From: Chlorobiota bacterium
Lineage (GTDB): Bacteria; Bacteroidota; Ignavibacteria; Kapaibacteriales; NICIL-2
Length of the DNA: 64,000 bases
Direction: 5' to 3'
Assembly (NCBI GenBank): GCA_044228685.1
Contig: JBGAUL010000003.1
Coordinates: 7-64,006 of the forward strand
In this document: positions 18,868 through 27,824 of the stretch, piece after piece
Layout of the letters: every line of letters starts with the position of its first letter
Position numbering within the stretch: position 1 is the stretch's first letter
Notes under the pieces: generated by a model
Database searches by the model: none
The model's input: only the letters and a program-made list of their open reading frames with translations
Told to the model about the DNA's origin: nothing
Program-made: the position numbers and the translations under genes

Positions 18868-20340
18868 CTATTGTGAGCTTTGCTCTTGTACCAACGCTTC
18901 CAGTTTCTGCTGTAAAAGTGTATTGATAATGTTTGGATCGGCCTTTCCTTGGGTCAGACGCAAGACTTGTCCGACAAGAAATCCAAAGACGTTCTTTTTG
19001 CCTTCCGCAAACTTCGCGACGGTGTCAGGATGCTCCGCCAAGACAGCGTCGATGGTCTGACGTATCAAGCCCTCGTCCGACGTCATTGCCAGAGAGCGCG
19101 ACTTAACGATTTCTCTCGGCGACGTCTGACTGCGGATGACTTCTTCAAAAACGTCCTTAGCGACTTTGGAATTGATTGTTGACTCTGCTATCAAATCAAC
19201 AAGCTCAGCCAAATGCGCCGGTGAACAGCCTAATTCGTGAATTGATTGCTTTGAATCCCCCATCAAACGCATCAATTCAGTCATAATCCAATTACTGACC
19301 AACTTGTAGGACTTTGCGCTCTTTGAACTCAAATGAGCACAGGTCGTCTCAAAAAACGATGCAATAGACGCCTCGGCTACAAACAACGAGGCATCATAGG
19401 CAGGTATCTGGTATTCTTCTATAAATCGAATTTTCTTAGCCAGCGGTAATTCAGGCAAGGTAGACTTGATTCTTTCAATCCAAGCTGAATCAACCGTCAC
19501 AGAGACCAAATCAGGCTCCGGGAAATAACGGTAGTCATGCGCAGCTTCCTTGGATCTCATTGCTCGGGTTGATTGTGTAGCCGAATCCCACATACGTGTT
19601 TCATACTCGACTACCCCTCCCCCCCCTATCAACTCAATCTGCCGATTTATCTCAAATTCGATCGCTTTTTCCACATTTCTGAAAGAGTTGAGATTTTTAA
19701 TCTCCGTGCGTGTACCCAATTTCTCAGCTCCTCGAGGGCGAACTGATATGTTGGCGTCACATCGCATGGACCCCTCCTCCAGATTACCATCGCAGATTCC
19801 CAAATACATGAGAATCTGGCGGAGATTCATGAGGTAACGGTAGGCTTCCTGAGGTGACCGCAAATCCGGTTCACTAACGATTTCTATAAGTGGCACTCCG
19901 CAGCGATTAAGGTCGACAAGAGTATCTATGTCGATATCGTGTATTGACTTACCCGCGTCCTCCTCCATGTGAATACGCGTAATGCGTACTCGCTTGGTGT
20001 CGCCGCTTTCCATTTCCACGTCCACATAACCACTGTAACAGATGGGATCCTCGAATTGGCTGATTTGGTAACCCTTCGGTAAGTCAGGATAGAAGTAGTT
20101 CTTCCGCGCAAAACCTGACATAGGGCGAATTGCCGAATGGGTGGCTAAACCCATGAGGATACTGTAGTCAACAACGCGGTGATTGAAAACAGGGAGCGCT
20201 CCGGGATGCCCCAAGCAAACCGGACAGGTATTGGAGTTGGGTTCAGCTCCGTACGCAGTCGGACATGAACAAAAAGCTTTAGTAGCAGTGTTGAGCTGGG
20301 CGTGTACCTCAAGACCGATCACCGCTTCAAAATCTGGCAT
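18868..20340 (-). CDS. gatB: Asp-tRNA(Asn)/Glu-tRNA(Gln) amidotransferase subunit B
   Basis: Start at MPDFEAVIGLEVHAQL (ATG 20338..20340); the ORF-track 31-aa extension lacks homology. GatB motifs CPVCLGHPGALPV and a C-terminal GatB/YqeY domain. Confidence 0.9.
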   Translation of the reverse strand: MPDFEAVIGLEVHAQLNTATKAFCSCPTAYGAEPNSNTCPVCLGHPGALPVFNHRVVDYSILMGLATHSAIRPMSGFARKNYFYPDLPKGYQISQFEDPICYSGYVDVEMESGDTKRVRITRIHMEEDAGKSIHDIDIDTLVDLNRCGVPLIEIVSEPDLRSPQEAYRYLMNLRQILMYLGICDGNLEEGSMRCDANISVRPRGAEKLGTRTEIKNLNSFRNVEKAIEFEINRQIELIGGGGVVEYETRMWDSATQSTRAMRSKEAAHDYRYFPEPDLVSVTVDSAWIERIKSTLPELPLAKKIRFIEEYQIPAYDASLFVAEASIASFFETTCAHLSSKSAKSYKLVSNWIMTELMRLMGDSKQSIHELGCSPAHLAELVDLIAESTINSKVAKDVFEEVIRSQTSPREIVKSRSLAMTSDEGLIRQTIDAVLAEHPDTVAKFAEGKKNVFGFLVGQVLRLTQGKADPNIINTLLQQKLEALVQEQSSQ

Positions 20341-20387
20341 CCTTGTAACTATTCTGAGTCTGTAAAAACGTAGTTCCCCACCGAAAA

Positions 20388-20395
20388 CAAAACTA
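20388..20395 (-). promoter_or_regulatory. Candidate Bacteroidetes-type -7 promoter element TAGTTTTG (TAnnTTTG) 47 nt upstream of gatB ATG
   Basis: Plus strand reads CAAAACTA. One member of a recurring motif family in this window. Confidence 0.3.
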
Positions 20396-20457
20396 CAAAA
20401 AAGAAGACCAACCCCGTGGAATGAGTGTGTCATCCGACAAAAGCACTTTGACTTTAC

Positions 20458-20952
20458 CTAATCATCATCCAATCTTCTCATTGCTCTGTCGGCTTCGCGT
20501 TCTGCAACCGCAGCTCGCTTGTCGTAGCTCTTCTTGCCTTTTACAATTCCAAGCTCGACTTTGACATATGGACCCGAGAAATATAGGCTTAAAGGCACTA
20601 TACTCAGTCCCTGCTCCTGGCTAGCCGAACGAAGTCTCTGTGCTTCCCTCTTGTTCAAAAGCAACTTCCGAGGTCGTAACGGTTGATGATTTTCACGATT
20701 TCCAAACTCATACGCCGAAATGTGCAGGTTAACCAGCACTATCTCATCGCTGTTTCTAGTCGGAAACGTCGCATAGGCATCTTTGAAATTCACCTTGCCG
20801 GCTCGAAGCGATTTCACTTCAGTCCCGCTCAATTGTATACCTGCCTCAATCTTTTGCATGACAAAGTAATCGTGCAAAGCCTTTCGGTTTGTTGCAATCG
20901 GTCGTATTACTCTATCGGCGTGTTCAGGCATTGTCATAGATGAATTAGACAC
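20458..20952 (-). CDS. smpB: SsrA-binding protein
   Basis: 164 aa with SmpB family signature (..IATNRKALHDYFV..IEAGIQLSGTEVKSLRAGKVNFKDAY..LVNLHISAYEFGN..). Confidence 0.85.
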   Translation of the reverse strand: MSNSSMTMPEHADRVIRPIATNRKALHDYFVMQKIEAGIQLSGTEVKSLRAGKVNFKDAYATFPTRNSDEIVLVNLHISAYEFGNRENHQPLRPRKLLLNKREAQRLRSASQEQGLSIVPLSLYFSGPYVKVELGIVKGKKSYDKRAAVAEREADRAMRRLDDD

Positions 20953-21034
20953 GCAATTTACGGATTTGCTGAGCTCGTCTGGATGTTGCTTTCCCGCGTA
21001 GGTTCAGAATCGAGTTGCTTTGCTCTCTAAGGAG

Positions 21035-21042
21035 TATTTTTG
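21035..21042 (+). promoter_or_regulatory. Candidate -7 promoter element TATTTTTG (TAnnTTTG) with TTG -33-like element at about 21014, 30 nt upstream of prfB ATG
   Basis: Exact TATTTTTG octamer. The same octamer recurs upstream of three other plus-strand genes at similar distance. Confidence 0.4.
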
Positions 21043-21071
21043 CATTCCCAGTTTCTACTATCTCGTCCATC

Positions 21072-22179
21072 ATGTTCGATCAACAAAAACACAAGCTAAA
21101 AGAGTATTCCGATCGCGTTGAACAATTGCGGAGGTTCCTTTGACATCGACACGAAACGTCGAGAGATAGAGGAGCGCGAACACACGAGTGAACAGCCGGG
21201 ATTTTGGGACGATAATCAGGCGGCCCAAAAAGTGATGCAAGAGATAGCCGAGCGCAAAGAATGGGTGAGCATGTGGGAATCGCTTCAGAACGACATCGGT
21301 GAAGTCGATGCTCTCATCCAACTTGCTGAGGAAGCAAACGATCAAAGTATGGAAGCAGAGCTTGACACCGAGCTGCAACGCTTTGATGAAGCAATCACTG
21401 ATGCTGAACTCAAGAAGCTCTTGAGCGGAGAGAATGATGACCGTGATGCCTTGCTGACAATAAACGCAGGCGCAGGCGGTACGGAAGCACAAGACTGGGC
21501 AGAAATGCTCACTCGCATGTACACGAGATGGGCTGAGCGTCATGGCTACAAGGTGTATTTAGCTGATGAGCAGGAAGGCGACACAGCCGGATTGAAATCT
21601 GCAACTCTCGAAATCAAAGGCAAGAATGCTTACGGTTATCTAAAAGCTGAGAGCGGCGTACACCGCTTGGTTCGCATTTCTCCCTTCGACTCAAATGCGC
21701 GTCGTCATACATCCTTCGCTTCTGTGTATGTTTACCCCGAGATCGATGACGATGTAAAGATCGAAATCAATCCGGCGGATATTGAAATGGATACCTTTCG
21801 TTCCGGCGGTAAGGGCGGACAGAATGTGAACAAGGTGGAAACAGCAGTTCGCCTACGTCACCTTCCTAGCGGGATTGTCGTATCGTGTCAGCAACAACGT
21901 TCACAACATCAGAATCGCGAAACAGCAATGAAAATGCTGAAGTCGCAGTTGTACAAGAAGCAACTCGAAGAACGCGAAGCAGCACAGGCACTGGTTGAAG
22001 GGGCGAAGAAGAAAATTGAATGGGGCAGTCAAATTCGCTCCTATGTATTTCAACCATACACAATGGTTAACGATCACAGAACTGAAACCAAAGTCAATGA
22101 TGTTCACGCGGTAATGGATGGAGACCTCGATACTTTTATCAAGGCATACTTACTCTCCTCCGATTCAATCACAACCTAA
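21072..22179 (+). CDS. prfB: Peptide chain release factor 2, requires programmed +1 ribosomal frameshift at CTT TGA C (21138..21144)
   Basis: Frame-0 ORF ATG 21072 encodes [23 protein letters not shown] then in-frame TGA, preceded by a GGAGG SD-like element. The +1 frame continues [11 protein letters not shown].. with RF2 motifs SPF ([18 protein letters not shown]) and GGQ ([16 protein letters not shown]). Confidence 0.9.
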
Positions 22180-22185
22180 ACGCGC

Positions 22186-22818
22186 ATGGAATCGTTCAGA
22201 AGATTACTACAAGGAAACAAGGATTGGGTAGCAAAAAAGTTATCGCTAGATCCGGATTTTTTCGAACGAACATCACGAGAACAGCAACCGGAATTCCTGT
22301 GGATTGGTTGTTCAGATAGTAGAGTACCGGCCGAGGAAATTACAGGCGCAGAGCCCGGACAAATCTTCGTGCACCGAAACATTGCGAACATGGTCATCCA
22401 CACGGATTTCTCGATGCTGACTGTCTTACAGTTCGCAATCGACATCTTGAAGGTTCGGCACATCATCGTTTGCGGACATTACAATTGCGGCGGCATCCAA
22501 GCTGCCATGTCTCGTCGCAACTATGGTTTGCTTAATAACTGGTTACGTCATATCAATGATGTGTACTCCATGCATCGGTCTGAGATCGACACTTTAGACA
22601 GCTATCAGGAGCGCAGCAATCGCATCGTTGAATTAAACGTCTTGGAGCAAGTCAAGAATCTTGCAGAAACCTCCATCGTTCAACGCGCATGGCTCGAGGA
22701 GCATCGTCCACTCATCCACGGATGGGTCTATGAACTACACACCGGAGAACTTCGCGACATAGCATGCATTGAACCCAATGATGTGCACTCCGATATTTAC
22801 CGCATCAAGTTTGACTAA
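22186..22818 (+). CDS. Beta-class carbonic anhydrase
   Basis: 210 aa. Beta-CA zinc ligand motifs CSDSR and HxxCG (..[10 protein letters not shown]..). Confidence 0.8.
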   Translation: MESFRRLLQGNKDWVAKKLSLDPDFFERTSREQQPEFLWIGCSDSRVPAEEITGAEPGQIFVHRNIANMVIHTDFSMLTVLQFAIDILKVRHIIVCGHYNCGGIQAAMSRRNYGLLNNWLRHINDVYSMHRSEIDTLDSYQERSNRIVELNVLEQVKNLAETSIVQRAWLEEHRPLIHGWVYELHTGELRDIACIEPNDVHSDIYRIKFD

Positions 22819-22824
22819 ACGAAA

Positions 22825-22854
22825 GAAGGCGAACGTGTATTCACATTCGCCTTC
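22825..22854. terminator. Hairpin between convergent carbonic anhydrase and flgD genes (GAAGGCGAA / TTCGCCTTC stem)
   Basis: 9-bp perfect stem extendable with one mismatch. Located in the 61-bp convergent gap. Confidence 0.45.
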
Positions 22855-22879
22855 TAGATTGTAGATTCTTCGTTTGGCG

Positions 22880-23572
22880 TTATTCGCTAACCTCGACCAC
22901 AGCATTAGCTGAGACTTCCGCACCATTGATGATGACAAAGGCGCCACTACCGGTGTAGCGTACTCCTGTGACCTTTCCACTGACGATTGGTGTGATCGTT
23001 AGATCGTTCGCGTTAGCATCCTTACCTGATACCACAAACTTGTAATCACCTTGAGCCACCGTCTTGCCCTGTGCATCTTTTCCGTCCCACTGGAATGCAT
23101 TGTGACCGGAAGCACCAGGAGCTGCAGGCGATTCAAAGCTTCGAACGATTTTTCCGCTCGAATCTTGAATGTCAATGTGAACAGACTTCGCAGCAACCTT
23201 TAAGTCGTATCCGAATGACACCGGATCCTTACCGTTGTACGATATCGCATTTGTGTTTGCCTTGACCGTCTTAGAGATCATAGCAGGCAATGACATCTGC
23301 GCCAGACTCTGAGCCAACGCTGCGTTGCTTGAAGTCATAGTTTCAAGCGTCGAATTGATATTCTGCAACTGCTCCAATGATGAGAACTGAGCAAGCTGTG
23401 CTGCCATCTCCTTGTTATCCATTGGCTGCGTTGGATCCTGATACTTCATCTGCACCGTAAGGAGCCTCAGGAAGTCGTCCTTACCCAATGCCTTGGTTGG
23501 ACTCTTTGTCGAAGGTTGCGTAGCAAACTGGTCAAAGAGTTTTTGTGTTTCGGCTGATATTGCGTCTGCCAT
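22880..23572 (-). CDS. flgD: Flagellar hook assembly (capping/scaffold) protein FlgD
   Basis: N-terminal FlgD motif FLRLLTVQMKYQDPTQPMDNKEMAAQLAQFSSLEQL. C-terminal FlgD Tudor/Ig-like region (..SGKVTGVRYTGSGAFVIINGAEV..). Confidence 0.8.
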   Translation of the reverse strand: MADAISAETQKLFDQFATQPSTKSPTKALGKDDFLRLLTVQMKYQDPTQPMDNKEMAAQLAQFSSLEQLQNINSTLETMTSSNAALAQSLAQMSLPAMISKTVKANTNAISYNGKDPVSFGYDLKVAAKSVHIDIQDSSGKIVRSFESPAAPGASGHNAFQWDGKDAQGKTVAQGDYKFVVSGKDANANDLTITPIVSGKVTGVRYTGSGAFVIINGAEVSANAVVEVSE

Positions 23573-23632
23573 ATGAATTTCGATCAGTTGTGATCAATGT
23601 GCCAGGTGTTTTAGCACCGAGGCATGTTCGAA

Positions 23633-26506
23633 TTAGGCGTATTGTTCAAAGTTTCTAGAGTTCTGACGACGTTGTCGAGGTTGATCTCGAAGCTGACGTG
23701 AGGGATTTCTCTCGCGTCGACTCGCGTCTTCATCTTTTCGTTGCTCGAATGATCGCAAGAACTGTGTGCGTGCTTCGCGGTCTTCGTGCTTCTGCTGACT
23801 CGAATGTTGGTGCGCAGAGGTGTTCGTGTTGTTTTGCTCACTCTCACGTACACTGACGCGAATTGTGTCTACCTGCACTCCATTGCGCGCCAATTCAGCA
23901 TGAAGCTGACCAATCTGCGACTCAACAGCTTGTCGAGCAGCGTCGTTGGCTACCTCCATGTGCACTGTACGCACCTGTTCTTGCAAGTTCAAGTTTACAA
24001 CTACCGTGCCAAGCGCTTCGGGACGAAGGATTAATCGTGCCTGTCCCTCCTGCGCTTCCTGCATACTCCGGATTACCATTCCAGCGTTATTCGGCAATTG
24101 CTCGATAGGAACGCGGAAAGTGCGAGGCATGTTTTCACTCAAATTTTCTGCTGTTCTCAGTGCTGCATTTCGAAAATCGCCTGCCGTAGTCGCTGCATTT
24201 CGCACTGCATGTTGAGCTTGAGCTATTGCAGTTGACTCAGCAAAACTCGTCTTTGATTGGCTCGATGCTTCACTCGAGACATTTAGGCTCGTTTGAGTCG
24301 AAGATGCGGAGCTTGAAGCCAATACCGTATTGCTCTTATCGAAAGCACCAAGTCCTATGATTGGCGTAACCGGATTCTCAGCATTGCGCTCATTCGTCGT
24401 GAGCTGTGAATCAACCACACTGCTCTCAGTATGGAGCTGCATCTTAGCGTCACTCAGCGCCTGAATCGCCCGCTCAGTTAGTGAGCGTTTGTCGGCCTGC
24501 TCGCCATTGCGCGAGGAGTGCTCTTGCGGCTGTTTGTAAGCAGCACTTAAGCGTGTTGCCTGCAAGCCTTGAATGCCATTTGTTGAGTTTGTCTTTGCGC
24601 TACCGGATGCGAGTGAAGTGGTCTCTGACAAATCGCTCTTCATCTTCACAGAGTCGCTCTGACGCGCACCGGCATTGAGTTTGTTTTGCTCGATTAAGGT
24701 CGAATTTGCGAGAATTACCTGTTGACTGCCATTTAGTGTCTTCTGACCGAGCTTAGCATTGCTAATTACTGCTGAGCTTTCGCTTGTCACGACGGGTGTA
24801 GAATCTGCAATTGCAGCAGACGAGTTTGCGTTCGTAACTGAATCACTCTTCGCTGTTGCATTGACAACAGGTGTTTGTGATGCATGCACACGGCTAAACA
24901 AAGTGTCTGCTTCAGAGCTTGTTTTTACTGACTGCTGCGCTACAACATCATTGGCCTTATCAGACACGCCATTTGATCCGCTTGTTCGATTAAAAAGTGA
25001 TCCTTGTGTCGCTGCAGCTGCAGCCTCTTTGACACTCTGCTCACTACCGAGCATTGAATCATCCGATGTGCGTTTGAATTGCATGAGTTGATCTAACTCC
25101 AACGCTGCGTTGTCAACTTCAGTGTGTAGTTCGAAGAGCGAGATTTCATTCGCTTTGAGATTCGAAGTGTCTTGACTCTGTGCCTCGCTCATTGTCGAGT
25201 CTTTGACATCAACTATGTGCGGACTATCAAGTCCCTTCTCAACATAGTCAAGTGTCGGCGCGAATATGCTTGATTGCTCAATCGAACTCTGTAGACTCTC
25301 TGAGACAACAGAATTTGTCATCTGCTGGTCGCCAACTGCTACATGCAGCTCCACATTTTCAATCGTGCATCCTTCTTGCTGCAACGTTGAGATGAGTTCA
25401 TTGAGCGACCTCAGACCGGCAGACTTTGAGCCTTGTGCACTCTGAGCCTGAACTTCATCTTGTACTTTGGTGCCTGAAGTCGGCATCTCGACACTTTTCG
25501 CAGTAGATGCTGCAGCAGACTTATCACTCTGTTTCGTTGTAGCTCCTGCATCTTCAATGAGGGTCTTGATCGCTTCGTTCACAAATTCCGTCATTGCCGT
25601 ATTGTCCTCTACATCGGACTCCTCGACGGCTATTGACGTAGCACTAGCTTTATCATCAGCATCCAACTGCAGCTTCTTCGTTTCGGAAGAGCCGGCTAGT
25701 CGTGCCGGTGCCTTATCATAAGCAGTTGTTTCTTCGCTCGTAATATCGTCTGCGTCACCTTCAGCCATTTGATTTTGAACACTCAATCGAGCCAGTTCGC
25801 CGCTGATAAGTATTTGCGCTTGATTACCGTTCTGAGAGAAAACAAGTTCGTTTGCTGAGTCTATTTGTAGGACAATCAAACTCTTGTCATCGGAAGAACT
25901 CAACTCTGCTGTTTTGGACTCAGGCTGAGGCAATGAATTTTTGATCTGCTCAGCAAGCGATTCAACACTCACTGAATCAGAAAGTTGTAGTTGAATCTCA
26001 GCACTGCTTTGATCACCCGCTTGCACGCGCAGCTCTGCTCCACCGCACAAAGTCTTTAACTGTGCTGATGCAAGTTCGAGTGCATTGTTCTTCTGTGAAG
26101 AATTGTGTTGCTTACGTGACTTGTGCGCTTTTGAAGCTTTGGAATTGAAGCGCGAGTTCTTGGTGGACGGAGGAAGTGCACCCACTTCATGTCCATTTGC
26201 AAGTGTTGCTCCGAGAAGATTATCGAGAGCCTGAGTGCTATCGGATTGTTGCGCGAGTACGGCCAGCTCAGGTGCAAGTGTTGAGGTCTTTGCTAATTCG
26301 TTGACTGCTTCAGTACCTGCTTGTTGAGTTGGAGACAGCGCTGGCCCTTGATCTGCAGTCGCATTCACATTTTCAGCATTGGGTTGCGTTTGCTCCAATA
26401 CCTGTGCAAATACCGCAGTATCGCTGGATTCTATGAGTGGAGAGCTGGATCCAACCGCTGCTTTTGCGCGGTCGATAAAGGTATGAACTACGTCGGCGAG
26501 TTGCAT
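23633..26506 (-). CDS. fliK: Flagellar hook-length control protein FliK, unusually long (957 aa) with S/T/Q/A-rich low-complexity central region
   Basis: C-terminal T3S4/Flg_hook-type domain ..ARLILRPEALGTVVVNLNLQEQVRTVHMEVANDAARQAVESQIGQLHAELARNGVQVDTIRV.. followed by a basic/acidic tail. Positioned between ylxF-like and flgD as in Bacillus-type fla operons. Confidence 0.7.
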   Translation of the reverse strand: MQLADVVHTFIDRAKAAVGSSSPLIESSDTAVFAQVLEQTQPNAENVNATADQGPALSPTQQAGTEAVNELAKTSTLAPELAVLAQQSDSTQALDNLLGATLANGHEVGALPPSTKNSRFNSKASKAHKSRKQHNSSQKNNALELASAQLKTLCGGAELRVQAGDQSSAEIQLQLSDSVSVESLAEQIKNSLPQPESKTAELSSSDDKSLIVLQIDSANELVFSQNGNQAQILISGELARLSVQNQMAEGDADDITSEETTAYDKAPARLAGSSETKKLQLDADDKASATSIAVEESDVEDNTAMTEFVNEAIKTLIEDAGATTKQSDKSAAASTAKSVEMPTSGTKVQDEVQAQSAQGSKSAGLRSLNELISTLQQEGCTIENVELHVAVGDQQMTNSVVSESLQSSIEQSSIFAPTLDYVEKGLDSPHIVDVKDSTMSEAQSQDTSNLKANEISLFELHTEVDNAALELDQLMQFKRTSDDSMLGSEQSVKEAAAAATQGSLFNRTSGSNGVSDKANDVVAQQSVKTSSEADTLFSRVHASQTPVVNATAKSDSVTNANSSAAIADSTPVVTSESSAVISNAKLGQKTLNGSQQVILANSTLIEQNKLNAGARQSDSVKMKSDLSETTSLASGSAKTNSTNGIQGLQATRLSAAYKQPQEHSSRNGEQADKRSLTERAIQALSDAKMQLHTESSVVDSQLTTNERNAENPVTPIIGLGAFDKSNTVLASSSASSTQTSLNVSSEASSQSKTSFAESTAIAQAQHAVRNAATTAGDFRNAALRTAENLSENMPRTFRVPIEQLPNNAGMVIRSMQEAQEGQARLILRPEALGTVVVNLNLQEQVRTVHMEVANDAARQAVESQIGQLHAELARNGVQVDTIRVSVRESEQNNTNTSAHQHSSQQKHEDREARTQFLRSFEQRKDEDASRRERNPSRQLRDQPRQRRQNSRNFEQYA

Positions 26507-26587
26507 AGATGCTTCCTTGCATTGTTCGAGGCATTGGTCGTCCTGACATCAGCCTGCGGTTTCAAATTCTTCGTTGCCTAATAACCG

Positions 26588-27130
26588 TCAATTCTTCGAG
26601 AGCAGTTTTGATACCTCTACAGCCTTGTTTACAGGAAGCTGCTCGAGGACTTTTGCTGCGCTCTTTCGTTTCATAAGGTTCAATACACCGGCCACATACT
26701 CACTGTTACTTTTAGCAAGAATCTTTGCGGCTTCGGCGGGTTGAGCCTTTTCGTACATTTCGGCACTTACTCGTAGATTCTTGAGACGGGTAGTATCATT
26801 CCAAGCCTTCTCCTTCTTCTCTTGTTCTTTTTTGTTCTGCTCAAGTTGTTCGCTGAGGTGCTTTTGTTGGTCTCGAAGGCTCGTCACTTGACTACTGAGT
26901 CCACTCAATGAATCGTGCATACTCTTCGCAATTCTCACCAGCGAGTCGTTTTGATGGTGGAGTATTTCGCTTTCCGTGGGAACGTGGACGGAAGTGTCGA
27001 CTTCGACGATGGGAGCGGGAAGACCCAGACTTTGCGGTTGAGTGTGCCACAAATAGAATGCACCACCTGTTACCAGAAGTCCGGTAATGGCAGTTGCTGC
27101 TACTAGCACAATAATTTGCTTTGAACTCAT
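26588..27130 (-). CDS. MgtE_N-domain flagellar accessory protein (YlxF/FlbB/MotE-like), N-terminal TM plus coiled coil
   Basis: TM IIVLVAATAITGLLVTGGAFYLW. Coiled coil and C-terminal MgtE_N-like repeats (AAKILAKSNSEYVAGVLNLMKRKSAAKVLEQLPVNKAVEVSKLL). Lies in the same fliJ-to-fliK position that ylxF occupies in the Bacillus fla operon. Confidence 0.5.
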   Translation of the reverse strand: MSSKQIIVLVAATAITGLLVTGGAFYLWHTQPQSLGLPAPIVEVDTSVHVPTESEILHHQNDSLVRIAKSMHDSLSGLSSQVTSLRDQQKHLSEQLEQNKKEQEKKEKAWNDTTRLKNLRVSAEMYEKAQPAEAAKILAKSNSEYVAGVLNLMKRKSAAKVLEQLPVNKAVEVSKLLSKN

Positions 27131-27174
27131 TTCCGCACGTCAGGTTGAACAACTCGTGCGACTCTGAGAATGAC

Positions 27175-27612
27175 TTAGGTCGATTGCAACACTTGATCAG
27201 TGCGCATGGCTATGTCATCCATGAGAGCCTGCTCTTCGAGAAGGACGGAATGATCGTATTCAGCACGCTTTTTCTCACGGAGATTCTCAAGCACCTTCTC
27301 GTCCTGCATGGTACGGGAAAGTTCTTTACGTCTCAGAATCTCGATTTCTTGAAGATTAACGAGCTCCATGCGCAGTGACTTGATGCGCTCACGCACACTG
27401 TCGACGTGTGCTATCGTTGCCTGCCACTCAGCAGCTCTCACCGTTGCGCGATGAAGCTCCCGTGAGTCGAGGTAGCGTTGGAGATCGTTGATTGACTCTT
27501 GTTTTTCATGACGCATGCGTGCAATCTCGCCTAAAGCAAGCTTGGCTTCATTTGTCTTGAAATGACGGAATTTTTGCAATCCGTCGAGTCGAAAAGAAAA
27601 TCGCTTGGACAT
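27175..27612 (-). CDS. fliJ: Flagellar export chaperone/escort protein FliJ (145-aa coiled coil)
   Basis: Size, all-helical heptad-rich sequence (..LQRYLDSRELHRATVRAAEWQATIAHVDSVRERIKSLRMELVNLQ..) and position immediately upstream of ylxF-like/fliK. Confidence 0.6.
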   Translation of the reverse strand: MSKRFSFRLDGLQKFRHFKTNEAKLALGEIARMRHEKQESINDLQRYLDSRELHRATVRAAEWQATIAHVDSVRERIKSLRMELVNLQEIEILRRKELSRTMQDEKVLENLREKKRAEYDHSVLLEEQALMDDIAMRTDQVLQST

Positions 27613-27666
27613 GAATTAATGCTGAATTCGTTTGGAATTCCACTTCCTTCGCGAACTACCTTTGGT

Positions 27667-27673
27667 TTATCGG
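27667..27673 (-). promoter_or_regulatory. Weak candidate sigma-28 (FliA)-type -10 element CCGATAA about 55 nt upstream of fliJ
   Basis: Minus strand reads ..CTACCGATAAACC... No convincing TAAA -35 at the canonical spacing. Confidence 0.2.
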
Positions 27674-27824
27674 TAGAAAGCCCGGCTATCTGAAGCGGAT
27701 AATTGAAGTTCAGCAAACCCTGTTCCAATTCTTGGTGGGTATTGATGTTGTGTATAAAGTACCTAGGTCGAGAGCTCACACTAATCACGAACAATCATCA
27801 TCGTCGTGTAGGTCCCAATCCTAC

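Noticed and set aside
22880-27612. Possibility that the FliJ/FliK/FlgD genes belong to a non-flagellar type III injectisome
   Set aside because: FlgD (hook cap) has no injectisome counterpart with this motif set. FliK carries the flagellar Flg_hook C-terminal domain. No injectisome-specific genes (secretin, needle, translocon) are present. The FCB group is not known to carry injectisomes.
27531-27794. 87-aa minus-strand ORF spanning the fliJ upstream region
   Set aside because: It overlaps the fliJ start in another frame. Its translation is featureless. The region is better explained as promoter/UTR.
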